A stretch of DNA of 37,478 nt from Octopus bimaculoides. Its lineage: Eukaryota. Below are positions 24,726 through 35,660 of this stretch, piece by piece (within the stretch, counting starts at the first letter, position 1; every line of letters starts with the position of its first letter). A model generated the notes under the pieces. The model had not been told where the DNA came from. It ran no database searches and worked only from the letters and a program-made list of their open reading frames with translations. Where the stretch lies: the NCBI RefSeq assembly GCF_001194135.2, contig NC_068985.1, positions 3,863,832 to 3,901,309 on the forward strand, read 5' to 3'. Both the position numbers and the translations under genes were made by a program.

Positions 24726-25566
24726 CACTTCGTATATGTCTGAGTGCTTTTATATTTGTATCTCCGAGTTTGACAGGATTTAAAGTGTATAGTTAAACTT
24801 TTAATCTTTTCCCTGAATTAACCAACACGTTCGCCTCATCACAACCTGGTCTACTTTACCCAAAGCGCAAACATTCCTATGATGTCAATAATTACAGAAA
24901 TGCACTTACTAAAATTGCCAACTTATTATAAATTACATGGCCAAATCAATTTTTATCACGTAGAAAACAACAAATACAATAAATAAACCAAGAACAAAAA
25001 ATACAGATATAAAAACTATATATATTGACAAATCAACAAATTAATTAATCATTTTCTTAACATGTTGAAATAGAGAATCAATCTCTTTAAATCGTGTAGA
25101 TAGTATGAAAGAAGGAAAGGGCAATGCTTAATAATGTTTAGAATCGCGATAGATTCCCTTGAACTCAATGTATGATTCAGGTCAAGATGAATTTAATTTG
25201 CCTTTACTGATTTAATCATTCTAAGACCGGTATATTTTTCTTTTTCTTCTACAAACAGGGAGGATGATATTAATTTATATAAATAGTTAATGTCAGTTTG
25301 ATATTTTAAACCTTTTCCTCGACTGAGAGGAATCCTTTTAAAGTGGAGTATAACAGCAATGATATTAGATTTTAATATCAGAAATGCGATATAAGGAGGT
25401 TGAATGTATGAAGTGTAAAATCGTGAATCCGAAGCAACATGTGATGGTCTGCAGGAGACTTAACAGAATACTTCAATGAGTTCAATTATGGCGTGGAGTA
25501 AGGATCTTATCCTTTTGGATATTTGCCCTTCGTCTGAAAGAGTAACACAGGGAGAGAAAGATTGAA

Positions 25567-25569
25567 AGA

Positions 25570-25648
<79 letters not shown>

Positions 25649-25660
25649 TGAGAGAGAGAG
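25567..25660. repeat. (GA)n microsatellite
   Basis: Read directly from the sequence. Confidence 0.95.
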
Positions 25661-26281
25661 AGTCGAAGAGAATGGGTATATTGTCACTTGGGCTATGGCA
25701 CAGATCAATGAAGGAATTTAAATTGAAGAACCCACGTGACAGTAACGTGGAGAGTGGAGGTGAAAGGCTGATAAAGAGGAATGGGAAAATATCAGAACTC
25801 TGAGGTCTGAGGTAAACGAAAGGAGGTAAGTAAGGAATTTGAAAAAGAAATATAGAAAAAACTAATGTCTTAAGAGCAGCAAATTTCGGTAAAGAAATGA
25901 AATATTAAAATTTATTGATTTAGCAAGTCAGAATATAAAGATCATAGAAATATTGGAAATGTGTTGCAGATGTAATCAATAAAGAAATTTAGGTTTGTCG
26001 ACATGATATAAGGATTAATAAGTCACAAAAACCAATAACATACTTTATGTTGGGGTTGCCCCGAGGAAAATAACTAAGATTTCTGTCGAGGTTCATATCG
26101 GGGAATGTGAGAAATGGACACGTTTCTCCCATACATCCAATTTGAATTGTAAGAAAGTGATAGCAATTGTTGTTTAGCCCAAGGCCAGCACTTATACGGA
26201 ATACAGTCGAGATTTGATCATACTGTCTTTTTAGACATTATTTACATTTGACGGATATTTGTCCTCATCTTGTTTGTTGTT

Positions 26282-26327
26282 AACACAACATTTTGGCTGA
26301 TATATCCTCCATACTTCATCAGGTGTC
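26282..26327 (-). ncRNA. Degenerate minimal hammerhead motif, left arm
   Basis: Minus strand: GACAC CUGAUGA A GUAUG-GAGGAUAUAU-CAGCC AAAAU GUU GUGUU. Confidence 0.55.
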
Positions 26328-26380
26328 TTGGGGAGATTTCGAACCTGGGTTCTCATTTCTAAGTTTCGAAATTTCCCCAA

Positions 26381-26426
26381 GACACCTGATGAAGGCTGGA
26401 GGGTATATCAGCCGAAACATTGTGAT
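26381..26426 (+). ncRNA. Minimal type I hammerhead motif, right arm
   Basis: GACAC CUGAUGA A GGCUG-GAGGGUAUAU-CAGCC GAAAC AUU GUGAU. Core and stem II intact; G16.2 is changed to A. Confidence 0.7.
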
Positions 26427-28417
26427 AACAACGAACAATATGAGGACAAATGTCTGTCAAATGTAAATAATGTAAATAATGTACATAATTCCTCATCTCT
26501 TAAATATAGAACTGCGTCTTTTTAGACATTACTAAGTTTATTATCTTTCTCCTTTCATTTTTAAGATGTTTCTTTTTCCTTTTCAAAAAGGCCACGGTAC
26601 CATATCGCATCCAAGATTGTACTCAACATACAAAAGAATTAAGAGCTTGGCCTAGTCTGCATTCTCCGTCTGCATCAGGTTTGAAAGGTTTATAAACTTT
26701 CGTCTTCAAAGTCAATATACATAAAGAGAAAGAAGTTAAGAAAATGGATCCGTGCCTTTGTAACAATATTGATGTGAGATTCAAATTGTTTGGGGTCATG
26801 TGCCTTCACCGCGTTGTGCGAACGTCGTGATAGAAATTTGCCACTATGGATAGCGATGAAGGTGTACGGGTAGCAGAGTTGGCATCAGTCTCCACGTCTT
26901 GCTATTGCTTTTAGCATGCTTAAAGTTGTGCTGTGAGGAACAGCCGCTCAGTAAGGCTGTTGAGTGCTCACAAAGTGAACTGGAAGCTTGTGTGGACAGC
27001 CGTGGCTAATCGCTGTCATCAGTTGGTTTTAGAGGTTCGGACGGTGCGAACGTCATAGCTCTCTATTTGTAGACATTGTATACGAAACGGCTTCGAACAC
27101 GCGTTCGTAGACAAACAAAGGCACTCAGAAAGCGGTCGCTCAGAAAATAGCAATATTATAATTTCAGAAGCATTTGCTGACAGTGGTCAATAATTGTTAC
27201 CGCTTATTTAAAGCAATATTTTTCTGCCTAAGAGAGTTTTCTCTCATTTTAGCTTCTAACGATTTGCACACCAAATGGTGGTCCATAGATACATTACTCC
27301 ATATTAATGACGGTAGTTCCTAATTGAGGACAACATTGTACGCTGCTCCATGCCACATATATAAAGAGGAATCGTATATTTGGTCACGTCGCTTTTTCTT
27401 AACAGTCAGATCTGTTTCTCTGCTGTGGTCCTTGTATAGAAACTCCCTCCACCGCCAATCAGCCTTAATTTATTTGACCAATCATCAGAAATCTTTCAGC
27501 CATTACCTTTCTATATCTTTATCGATATATAGGGCTAAATTATACTTAAGTACCGCTTCACTCTGTCAGTTTGTCTGATGGTGACCATACGACAGGCGAG
27601 ACAGAACAGATGGACAACGGCTTGAAAATGAAAGTTACTCTCCTTCTGTACTTACCGTTGACTATAAACTAGAGAAACTCCAGCCGATGGAGGTGGCGGG
27701 TAATCCTCACATTGGCTCAACAAAATGAAATTACCATACATTCGCTATGTAATTACTTCAGTGTTTTGGATAAGGTGGAAGTCATTACAATTACAATTTA
27801 GGTTTTTGTTCTCTTTCATTTTGGTGAGTTTGTATTGTGGTAGAGTGAGAGTGTGTTAATTGAAGTGACCAGTAAGACATGTGGTCAGTGGTAGAAAATC
27901 GTTGATTATTTCTTAATTAAAGAAGTTAGATAAGAAGAGTTTCCTCCAGAGTATTCGGACGAGTTTTCTTTAGATTTACAAATAATACGATCAAATTAAT
28001 GATTGATGTAGAGCCAAACAAATACACACTTATTTTCAAATAGAAAAAGCTGAAATAGATACGAAGAACTTGATCGGGGGATATCGATGAGAAATAATGA
28101 TAGAGACTTGTGAGTTATTTGCATTTGAAGCCATCTTTAGAAGAGAATTAAGATCGAAGCGGAGGAGTAAAAAGAGAAAACGTTTCAAATATTTAACAAT
28201 TTTAAAGTTTCCATTAACATTCGTGTTTGCCACCTAAAATCGATAATTTTTCTACTTACTTGTAAACTTTACAGTCAACAGTCACCAAGAATTTATTGAC
28301 ATTCCCAAACAATTTCTGCAAAATAAAAAGAAAAAGAGTGAAATGTAGTCACAGTTGAGAAATAATTATTTAAACATTTTAAGAAATCAAATTATAATAT
28401 TCATGCTACTCATATAT

Positions 28418-28453
<36 letters not shown>

Positions 28454-28881
28454 NNNNNNNNNNNNNNNNNNNNNNNNNNNNNNNNNNNNNNNNNNNNNNN
28501 NNNNNNNNNNNNNNNNNNNNNNNNNNNNNNNNNNNNNNNNNNNNNNNNNNNNNNNNNNNNNNNNNNNNNNNNNNNNNNNNNNNNNNNNNNNNNNNNNNNN
28601 NNNNNNNNNNNNNNNNNNNNNNNNNNNNNNNNNNNNNNNNNNNNNNNNNNNNNNNNNNNNNNNNNNNNNNNNNNNNNNNNNNNNNNNNNNNNNNNNNNTA
28701 TTGAATGTCTTATTGAATATATGAAATATTGAGTGTTCAATATAAAGGATTAAATATATAAATATATAAAGGCGAATACGTATTTTCTATACCTTGTGGT
28801 ATTTCATCATGTCCGGTATGACAGACTGTTACAGACTGTTATACACGATCATACAAAACCCCTTTTTTGTATTTATTTTTA

Positions 28882-28969
<88 letters not shown>

Positions 28970-28985
28970 TACATACATATACATA

Positions 28986-29224
28986 TTCTTGTGTTTGCTT
29001 CAGTCATTTGACTGCGGCCATGCTCGAGCAACACCTTTAGTCGAACAAATCTATCCCAGAACTTATTCTCAGTAATTATTCTATCGTCCTCTTTTGCCGA
29101 AGCACTAAGTTACAGGGAAGTAAGCACACCAACATCGGTTCTCTTCTCAAGTGATGGTGGGGTGACTAGCACAGATACACTTAGACACACACACACTCAC
29201 ATATATACGTACATACATGCATAC

Positions 29225-29268
<44 letters not shown>

Positions 29269-29387
29269 GGTGGGCTTCTTTCAGTTTCCGTCTAATAAAA
29301 TCTGCTCACAAGGCTTTGGTCAGCCCGATCTTGTTGTAGAAGACACTAGCCTGCGGTGCCACGTGGTTGAAAAGCACGCAGCCACTC
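28986..29387 (-). mobile_element. SINE family A copy with internal deletion
   Basis: CAGTCATTTGACTGCGGCCATGCT...CACAAGGCTTTGGTC...CAGCCAC, co-linear with 32241-32633. Confidence 0.85.
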
Positions 29388-29931
29388 GATGTATATANNN
29401 NNNNNNNNNNNNNNNNNNNNNNNNNNNNNNNNNNNNNNNNNNNNNNNNNNNNNNNNNNNNNNNNNNNNNNNNNNNNNNNNNNNNNNNNNNNNNNNNNNNN
29501 NNNNNNNNNNNNNNNNNNNNNNNNNNNNNNNNNNNNNNNNNNNNNNNNNNNNNNNNNNNNNNNNNNNNNNNNNNNNNNNNNNNNNNNNNNNNNNNNNNNN
29601 NNNNNNNNNNNNNNNNNNNNNNNNNNNNNNNNNNNNNNNNNNNNNNNNNNNNNNNNNNNNNNNNNNNNNNNNNNNNNNNNNNNNNNNNNNNNNNNNNNNN
29701 NNNNNNNNNNNNNNNNNNNNNNNNNNNNNNNNNNNNNNNNNNNNNNNNNNNNNNNNNNNNNNNNNNNNNNNNNNNNNNNNNNNNNNNNNNNNNNNNNNNN
29801 NNNNNNNNNNNNNNNNNNNNNNNNNNNNNNNNNNNNNNNNNNNNNNNNNNNNNNNNNNNNNNNNNNNNNNNNNNNNNNNNNNNNNNNNNNNNNNNNNNNN
29901 NNNNNNNNNNNNNNNNNNNNNNNNNNNNNNN

Positions 29932-29974
<43 letters not shown>

Positions 29975-30336
29975 ATGCATACATGTATGTATGTACATAC
30001 GTACGTACATATGTATGCGTGTAAGTTTGTGTGCGTGTGTGTATATGTACCATGACAGTAGTAAGACCAGCTGATAGAATATTGGGTAAGAAAGTAACAT
30101 AGAAATTTATCTTGACATGTTCTGAACTAAAGTCAACTTGCATATATGTATATTTAAATTGGACGTTTTATTCGATAATATCTCAAGTCACTTAACACGT
30201 AGATGTTGTCATAAGCAAAACTAATTTTCTCTTTTTGAAATTTTTATTAAACAACTTTGTGGGAAACGACCTCGCTTTTAGATGAATTAAGCGCTGTCAT
30301 CTGAAGTACACGCACGCATGATATCTATCTTTGCGC

Positions 30337-30354
30337 CCATCCGTCCGTCCGTCC

Positions 30355-30431
<77 letters not shown>
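30337..30431. repeat. Compound tetranucleotide microsatellite (CCGT)(CTGT)(CTAT)n
   Basis: Read directly from the sequence. Confidence 0.95.
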
Positions 30432-30432
<1 letters not shown>

Positions 30433-30612
30433 GTGTGTGTGTGTGTATGTTAGATTTGTAGATCTGGAAGTGGAGTCTAGGAGACTACAACTCTATCCAA
30501 TAATGCACTATACATACATACATATATACATACATACATACAAATATACATACATACATACATACATGCATACTACCCCAGTGTCACTTTGATGGCATGC
30601 ACTGCTCTCTCA

Positions 30613-30648
<36 letters not shown>

Positions 30649-30747
30649 GTTGTATTTCAGGATGGTCATCTTTTTGCCAAATAAACACACGCACTACATA
30701 TTTTTCTTCACTCATTTATTCCTGTCCTTATTCTAACTCATGTCCAT

Positions 30748-30793
30748 TGTCCGGAAATCTTTCGTCACACATCTGTGACCTCTTCAGTGACAC
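30748..30793 (-). ncRNA. Minimal type I hammerhead candidate within a short repeat (~30645-30830)
   Basis: Minus strand: GUGUCA CUGAAGA G GUCACA-GAUG-UGUGAC GAAA GAUUUC / CGGACA. Core and the 6-bp stem II are perfect; stem I is imperfect. Confidence 0.6.
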
Positions 30794-31336
30794 TTTTCGT
30801 ATTCGTGTGACTTCTTGCTCCACTTACTCCATTCTATTCTTCAAAGGTGTGTTTCCTTGTGTGTGTGTGTATGTCAGAGTATTTAGCCACAGTGTGGCCT
30901 TCCCCTCAGCAGTCCCATTGTCCTAAGACCCGAAAAATAGGATACCTTCTTCTGTATTCTTCTATGTGTGTGTGTTCACCCACGGTGTTGCCAATGTGGT
31001 AGTTCTTTGTTGTTGTTATTACCATCGTTGTCATCGCCGTTGCTGCTGTCGTTGTTAATCGTGTTGTTGACATTGTTATGGCCGTCCGTGAAATTTCTTG
31101 TGTGTGTGTGTATGCGCTCGCTTCGATGCGGCAGAAGTAACGCTATTTTGTATTCGAGTCTTCTAGCTTCCGCTTGAGTCTCTTTTACATTTCCTAAAAC
31201 TTCTACGATTTTTCCCCCATTAGTTTATCATTCGTTCCTCTAAGTGATGCAATGGATTTGTGTTCAATAAAAAAATTACTTAATAAAAAGTTTATAAACT
31301 ATAAAAGTTATTAAATGCAAAAAGGGCGTTACTTTT

Positions 31337-31627
31337 GCCGCATCCTGTATCAGTGGTTAGAGTGTCGAGCTTACGATCATAAGGTTGTCAGTTAGATTCC
31401 TGGACCGGGCTGCGCGTCGTGTTCTTGAGCAAGACATGTTATTTCGCGTTGCTCCAGTTCACTCAGCTGTAGAAATGAATTGCGACGTCACAGGTGCCGA
31501 GCTGTATAGGCCCCCTTTACCTTTCCCTTGGATAACATCAGTGGTGTGGAGAAGGGAGGGTGGTATGCATAGGCGAATGCTGCCCTTCCACAAACAACAT
31601 TGCCTGGACTTGTGCTGCGGAGGGTAA
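31337..31627 (+). mobile_element. tRNA-derived SINE family C, 3' end in a gap
   Basis: tRNA-like head CAGTGGTTAGAGTGTCGAGCTTACGATCATAAGGTTGTCAGTTAGATTCC, followed by GTGTTCTTGAGCAAGACA and CCAGTTCACTCAGCTG, a typical conserved SINE central domain. Confidence 0.7.
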
Positions 31628-31999
31628 NNNNNNNNNNNNNNNNNNNNNNNNNNNNNNNNNNNNNNNNNNNNNNNNNNNNNNNNNNNNNNNNNNNNNNNNN
31701 NNNNNNNNNNNNNNNNNNNNNNNNNNNNNNNNNNNNNNNNNNNNNNNNNNNNNNNNNNNNNNNNNNNNNNNNNNNNNNNNNNNNNNNNNNNNNNNNNNNN
31801 NNNNNNNNNNNNNNNNNNNNNNNNNNNNNNNNNNNNNNNNNNNNNNNNNNNNNNNNNNNNNNNNNNNNNNNNNNNNNNNNNNNNNNNNNNNNNNNNNNNN
31901 NNNNNNNNNNNNNNNNNNNNNNNNNNNNNNNNNNNNNNNNNNNNNNNNNNNNNNNNNNNNNNNNNNNNNNNNNNNNNNNNNNNNNNNNNNNNNNNNNNN

Positions 32000-32140
32000 A
32001 ACGGTTCGGCGAAAGAGACCGATAGAATAAGTACTAGGCTTACAAAGAATAAGTCCTGGGGTCGATTTTCTCGAGTAAAGGCGGTGCTCCAGCATGGCCA
32101 CAGTCAAATGACGGAAACAAATAAAAGAGTAAAAGAGTAT
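32000..32140 (+). mobile_element. SINE family A 3' fragment
   Basis: Matches the family A 3' half; its 5' part lies in the gap. Confidence 0.85.
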
Positions 32141-32141
32141 A

Positions 32142-32172
<31 letters not shown>

Positions 32173-32240
32173 GTGTGTGTGTGTGTGTACGTATGTATGT
32201 CACGTATCTCCTTCTGGGACTCTGATATATTTATATATAT

Positions 32241-32633
32241 TTCTTCACTGGTTTCAGTCATTTGACTGCTGCCATGCTGGAGCACCACCTTTAGTCGAGC
32301 AAATCGACCCCAGGACTTATTCTTTGTAAGCCTAGTACTTATTCTATCGTTCACTTTTTGCCGAACCGCTAAGTTACGGGGACGTAATCACACCAGCATC
32401 GGTTGTCAAGCGATGTTGGAGGGACAAGCACAGACACACAAACATATACACACACATACATATACACATACGATGGGCTTCTTTCAGTTTCCGTCTACCA
32501 AATCCACTCACAAGGCTTTGGTCGACCCGAGGCTATAGTAGAAGATACTTGCCCAAGGTGCCACGCAGTGGGATTGAACTTGGAACCACGTACTTGGTAA
32601 GCAAGCTACTTACCCCACAGCCACTCCTGCGCC
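32241..32633 (-). mobile_element. SINE family A, full length
   Basis: Minus-strand head GGCGCAGGAGTGGCTGTGGGGTAAG with B-box-like GTTCAAGTTCAATCCC, internal (TG/TA) tract and 3' tail. Confidence 0.9.
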
Positions 32634-33636
32634 TATGTATATTTGTATGTACGCATGTGTGTGTGTTTATGTATGTATGTATGCAGGGAAAAGTATCCAG
32701 CAGAGTTGCATTCTAGATATTGGTGCGTATGAAAATAATATGTAAATATAAATGTTGAAACGCTACCGAGCCTGGAATGTGTCATGTGAGCCAAGACAAA
32801 CTTTATCACTACTGCAAACGGAAAGAAACAAAAACTAGTAAATATTTGAATATTAAATGTACTTCCATGATGTGGTAGAATCCACTTAACATATAATAGG
32901 TAATGTCGGTTGTGTAAATTCATCGGACAACATATACCAAAAAGAAAAACAAAATGGACTCTTCAGAATTTTCACAACTATATTTGATGTATTTAAACAT
33001 ATAAAAGTGCTTAAGCATACAAAATCTGCGATACATGTATGTATGTATGTTGATTTTTTTGCTTCTACGCTAGAGTATGTAAAGCTAGAAACATACATGT
33101 TTGATTAAGTCAAAAATGGCGAAGTCTCTTTATAGAGCAAATTTTGTAACGTAATATTTTATGTATTACACAAACATACACTTACGCATACATATATATA
33201 CAAACACACACACACACAACCCAATACATATACATGAATATGTATTTGCATATATGTATACATATTTACATAAGTATGTTATATATATATATACACACAC
33301 AAATTATATATATAAGTATGTTATATATATATATTTATATATATATATATATACATAAGTATGGTATATATATATATATACATAAGTATGGTATATATAT
33401 ATATATATATATATATATAGGCACACAAATTATATATCTGCATATTGCATATTGTCTGCTAAAAATATATATGCGTAAAGCTGATTATATTTATTTTATC
33501 AGAATTATTATTTTTTTTTCTACTGAGTATGGAAGGAGAAAACAAGAAAACATGCCTTGTTGCTAGTTGGCAACGTTGAATTATATTTCAACTACATCCA
33601 TGTTTCGACTACAAATTACAACAACAACAACAATTC

Positions 33637-33685
<49 letters not shown>

Positions 33686-33686
33686 C

Positions 33687-33734
<48 letters not shown>
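33637..33734. repeat. (AGT)n microsatellite
   Basis: Read directly from the sequence. Confidence 0.95.
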
Positions 33735-33735
<1 letters not shown>

Positions 33736-33998
33736 AAACTAAACAAATATTTCGAGAAAAGAAATCTCTGTACATCTCAAGCAATTTCTTAGTCGAAAGA
33801 GAAGGCACTTAAAATTATCAAGTCGACCATACTTACTATGGAGGCATTACTTAGAAAAATCTAAAAGCATGCTGCTACTAATCATTAATTATTTTCAGCA
33901 GATATGTGAATTCATGTTTGTTCTGTAATATTCTTCTCATCGATTTTTAAATTAACAACAACAATAATAATAATCGTCATAATAATAATAATAATGGT

Positions 33999-34216
33999 AA
34001 TCCTTTCTACTGTAGGCACAAGAGCTGACATTTTGAGATGGGAGTAGGTTGATTACATCGACTCCACCCCACCAGTGCGTAACTGTAACTTACTTTATCG
34101 ACCTCGAAAAGACGAAGGACAAAGTCGACTTCAGTGGATTTTGAATTCAGAACACGTAAACATGGACGAAATGCTGCTAAGCATTTCGCCTGGCGTGATA
34201 ACGATTCTGCCAGCTC
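33999..34216 (-). mobile_element. SINE family B, near full length, with (AAT)n-like tail at 33963-34000
   Basis: Minus-strand head GAGCTGGCAGAATCGTTA, co-linear with 1721-1929. Confidence 0.85.
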
Positions 34217-34223
34217 AATGTCT

Positions 34224-34225
<2 letters not shown>

Positions 34226-34283
<58 letters not shown>

Positions 34284-34363
34284 NNNNNNNNNNAGAAGAA
34301 GAAGAAGAAGAAGAAGAAGAAGAAGAAGAAGAAGAAGAAGAAGAAGAAGAAGAAGAAGAAGAA
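34226..34363. repeat. (TAA)n, 10-N gap, (GAA)n microsatellites
   Basis: Read directly from the sequence. Confidence 0.95.
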
Positions 34364-35076
34364 GCTAGGCGTGCTAAAACTGCTGCCTTAGATATTCTTA
34401 CTGATGAAGGGCAAGAAAAACCTCTCAATGTCAAATACCCAAAGAGAGCTAATAATGCCGATGTTGACAAAGCCCTCACCTATCAATGGCTAATAGTTTC
34501 TGGCTTAAGATCAGAAACAGAAGGGTTTATCATAGCAGCCCAAGATCAATGCCTACCTACAAGGAACTACCAGGCCAACATATTAAAGAACGCCAGCTTT
34601 CCAACATGTTGTGTATGTCAACAACAAAACGAAACCATAGCTATTGATCATGTTGCCTCCATGTGCAGTCTTCTTGCGTCAACAGGCATGATAGAGCAGC
34701 ACAATATATTCACTGGGTAATTTTCAAAAACCTGGACCTGCCCCATGATAAAAACTGGTGGGAACACACACCACCTCCAGTGCTTGAAAATGATCGCATC
34801 TCACTCATCTGGAACTTCACCATTCAAACTGACAGAAGAATAGATGCGAATAGGCCAGACATTTATATTGAAAGACTTCAGACGAAAATCATACCTCCTC
34901 ATTGATATGACTGTCCTAATCAACATAAATGTATCTGTCAAGACCTACGAAAAACTGAGCAAATATAAAGATCGTGAAATAGAAATTGGCAAAATGTGGA
35001 ACCTCAAGACTAAAAACAATACCTGTTGTCATAGGTGTCCTAGGAATGATAGCAAAAGGGGCTGATTACTACCTAG
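34364..35076 (+). mobile_element. Non-LTR retrotransposon fragment of R4/Dong type: post-RT region, CCHC knuckle and restriction-like endonuclease; frameshifted
   Basis: WLIVSGLRSETEGFIIAAQDQCLPTRNY; C-x2-C..H..C (CCVCQQQNETIAIDHVASMC); RHDRAAQYIHW; NRPDI..LIDMTV..EKLSKYKD (PD..D..K RLE signature). Confidence 0.82.
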
Positions 35077-35276
35077 GCGGAAATATATACTGCTAAACTT
35101 TTTGTCCGCCGTACTAAAGATTTTGCTTTCTTCCTACCTAAATATTAAATAACTATGATAATAATAATAATAATTATTATTATTATCTCGAGCGACAAGA
35201 GAAAAAAGAATTGTTACAGTAAAAAGTGCAGACTATGAACATTAATTAAAATAAACAAGAGTTTATTTTAGACACA

Positions 35277-35573
35277 GGCGTGGCTGTGTGATAAGAAGCT
35301 TGCTTCCCAACTTCATGATTCCGGGTTCAGTTTCACTGCGTGGCACCTTGGGCAAATGTCTTCTACTATAGCCTCAAGTCTACCAAAGCCTTGTAAGTAG
35401 ATTTAGTTAATGGAAACTGAAAGAAGCCCGTCGTATATATATATATATATATGAATATATTTGTGTCTGTTTTTGTCCCCACCACCATCGCTTGACAACC
35501 AATGTTGGTGTGTTTACATCGCCGCAACTAGCGGTTCGGTACAAGAGACCGATAGAATAAGTACTAGGCTTAC
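35277..35573 (+). mobile_element. SINE family A, 3'-truncated
   Basis: Head GGCGTGGCTGTGTGATAAGAAGCTTGCTTCCC..GGTTCAGT; TTGGGCAAATGTCTTCTACTATAGCC. Confidence 0.88.
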
Positions 35574-35660
35574 ATGAAATGTTCGCATCTCCATCTATTT
35601 GAATGGAACAAAATACAGAATACTTGTCTCTTCCATACCCCTCTCCCTCTCTCGAAATCA

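Larger units (their letters stand above)
26241..26515 (+). mobile_element. 275-bp non-autonomous fold-back insertion containing two inverted hammerhead motifs
   Basis: 16-bp direct repeat GTCTTTTTAGACATTA at 26225-26240 and 26516-26531. Inverted arms of about 109 bp (26235-26343, 26365-26473) with a 21-bp spacer. Confidence 0.85.

Noticed and set aside
25505-25540. Hammerhead-like CAGACGA A GGG-CAAAUA-UCC AAAA on the minus strand next to (GA)n
   Set aside because: Two core substitutions (U4 to A, G12 to A), a weak stem II and no clear NUH site. At most a heavily decayed relic.
31337-31400. tRNA gene
   Set aside because: No complete cloverleaf, a degenerate B box, and continuation into SINE body sequence; this and the other tRNA-like heads belong to SINEs.
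33567-34479. Poly-Ser, poly-Leu, poly-Asn and poly-Glu ORFs, also 37163-37456
   Set aside because: Translations of (AGT)n, (TAA)n, (GAA)n and (ACT)n microsatellites.
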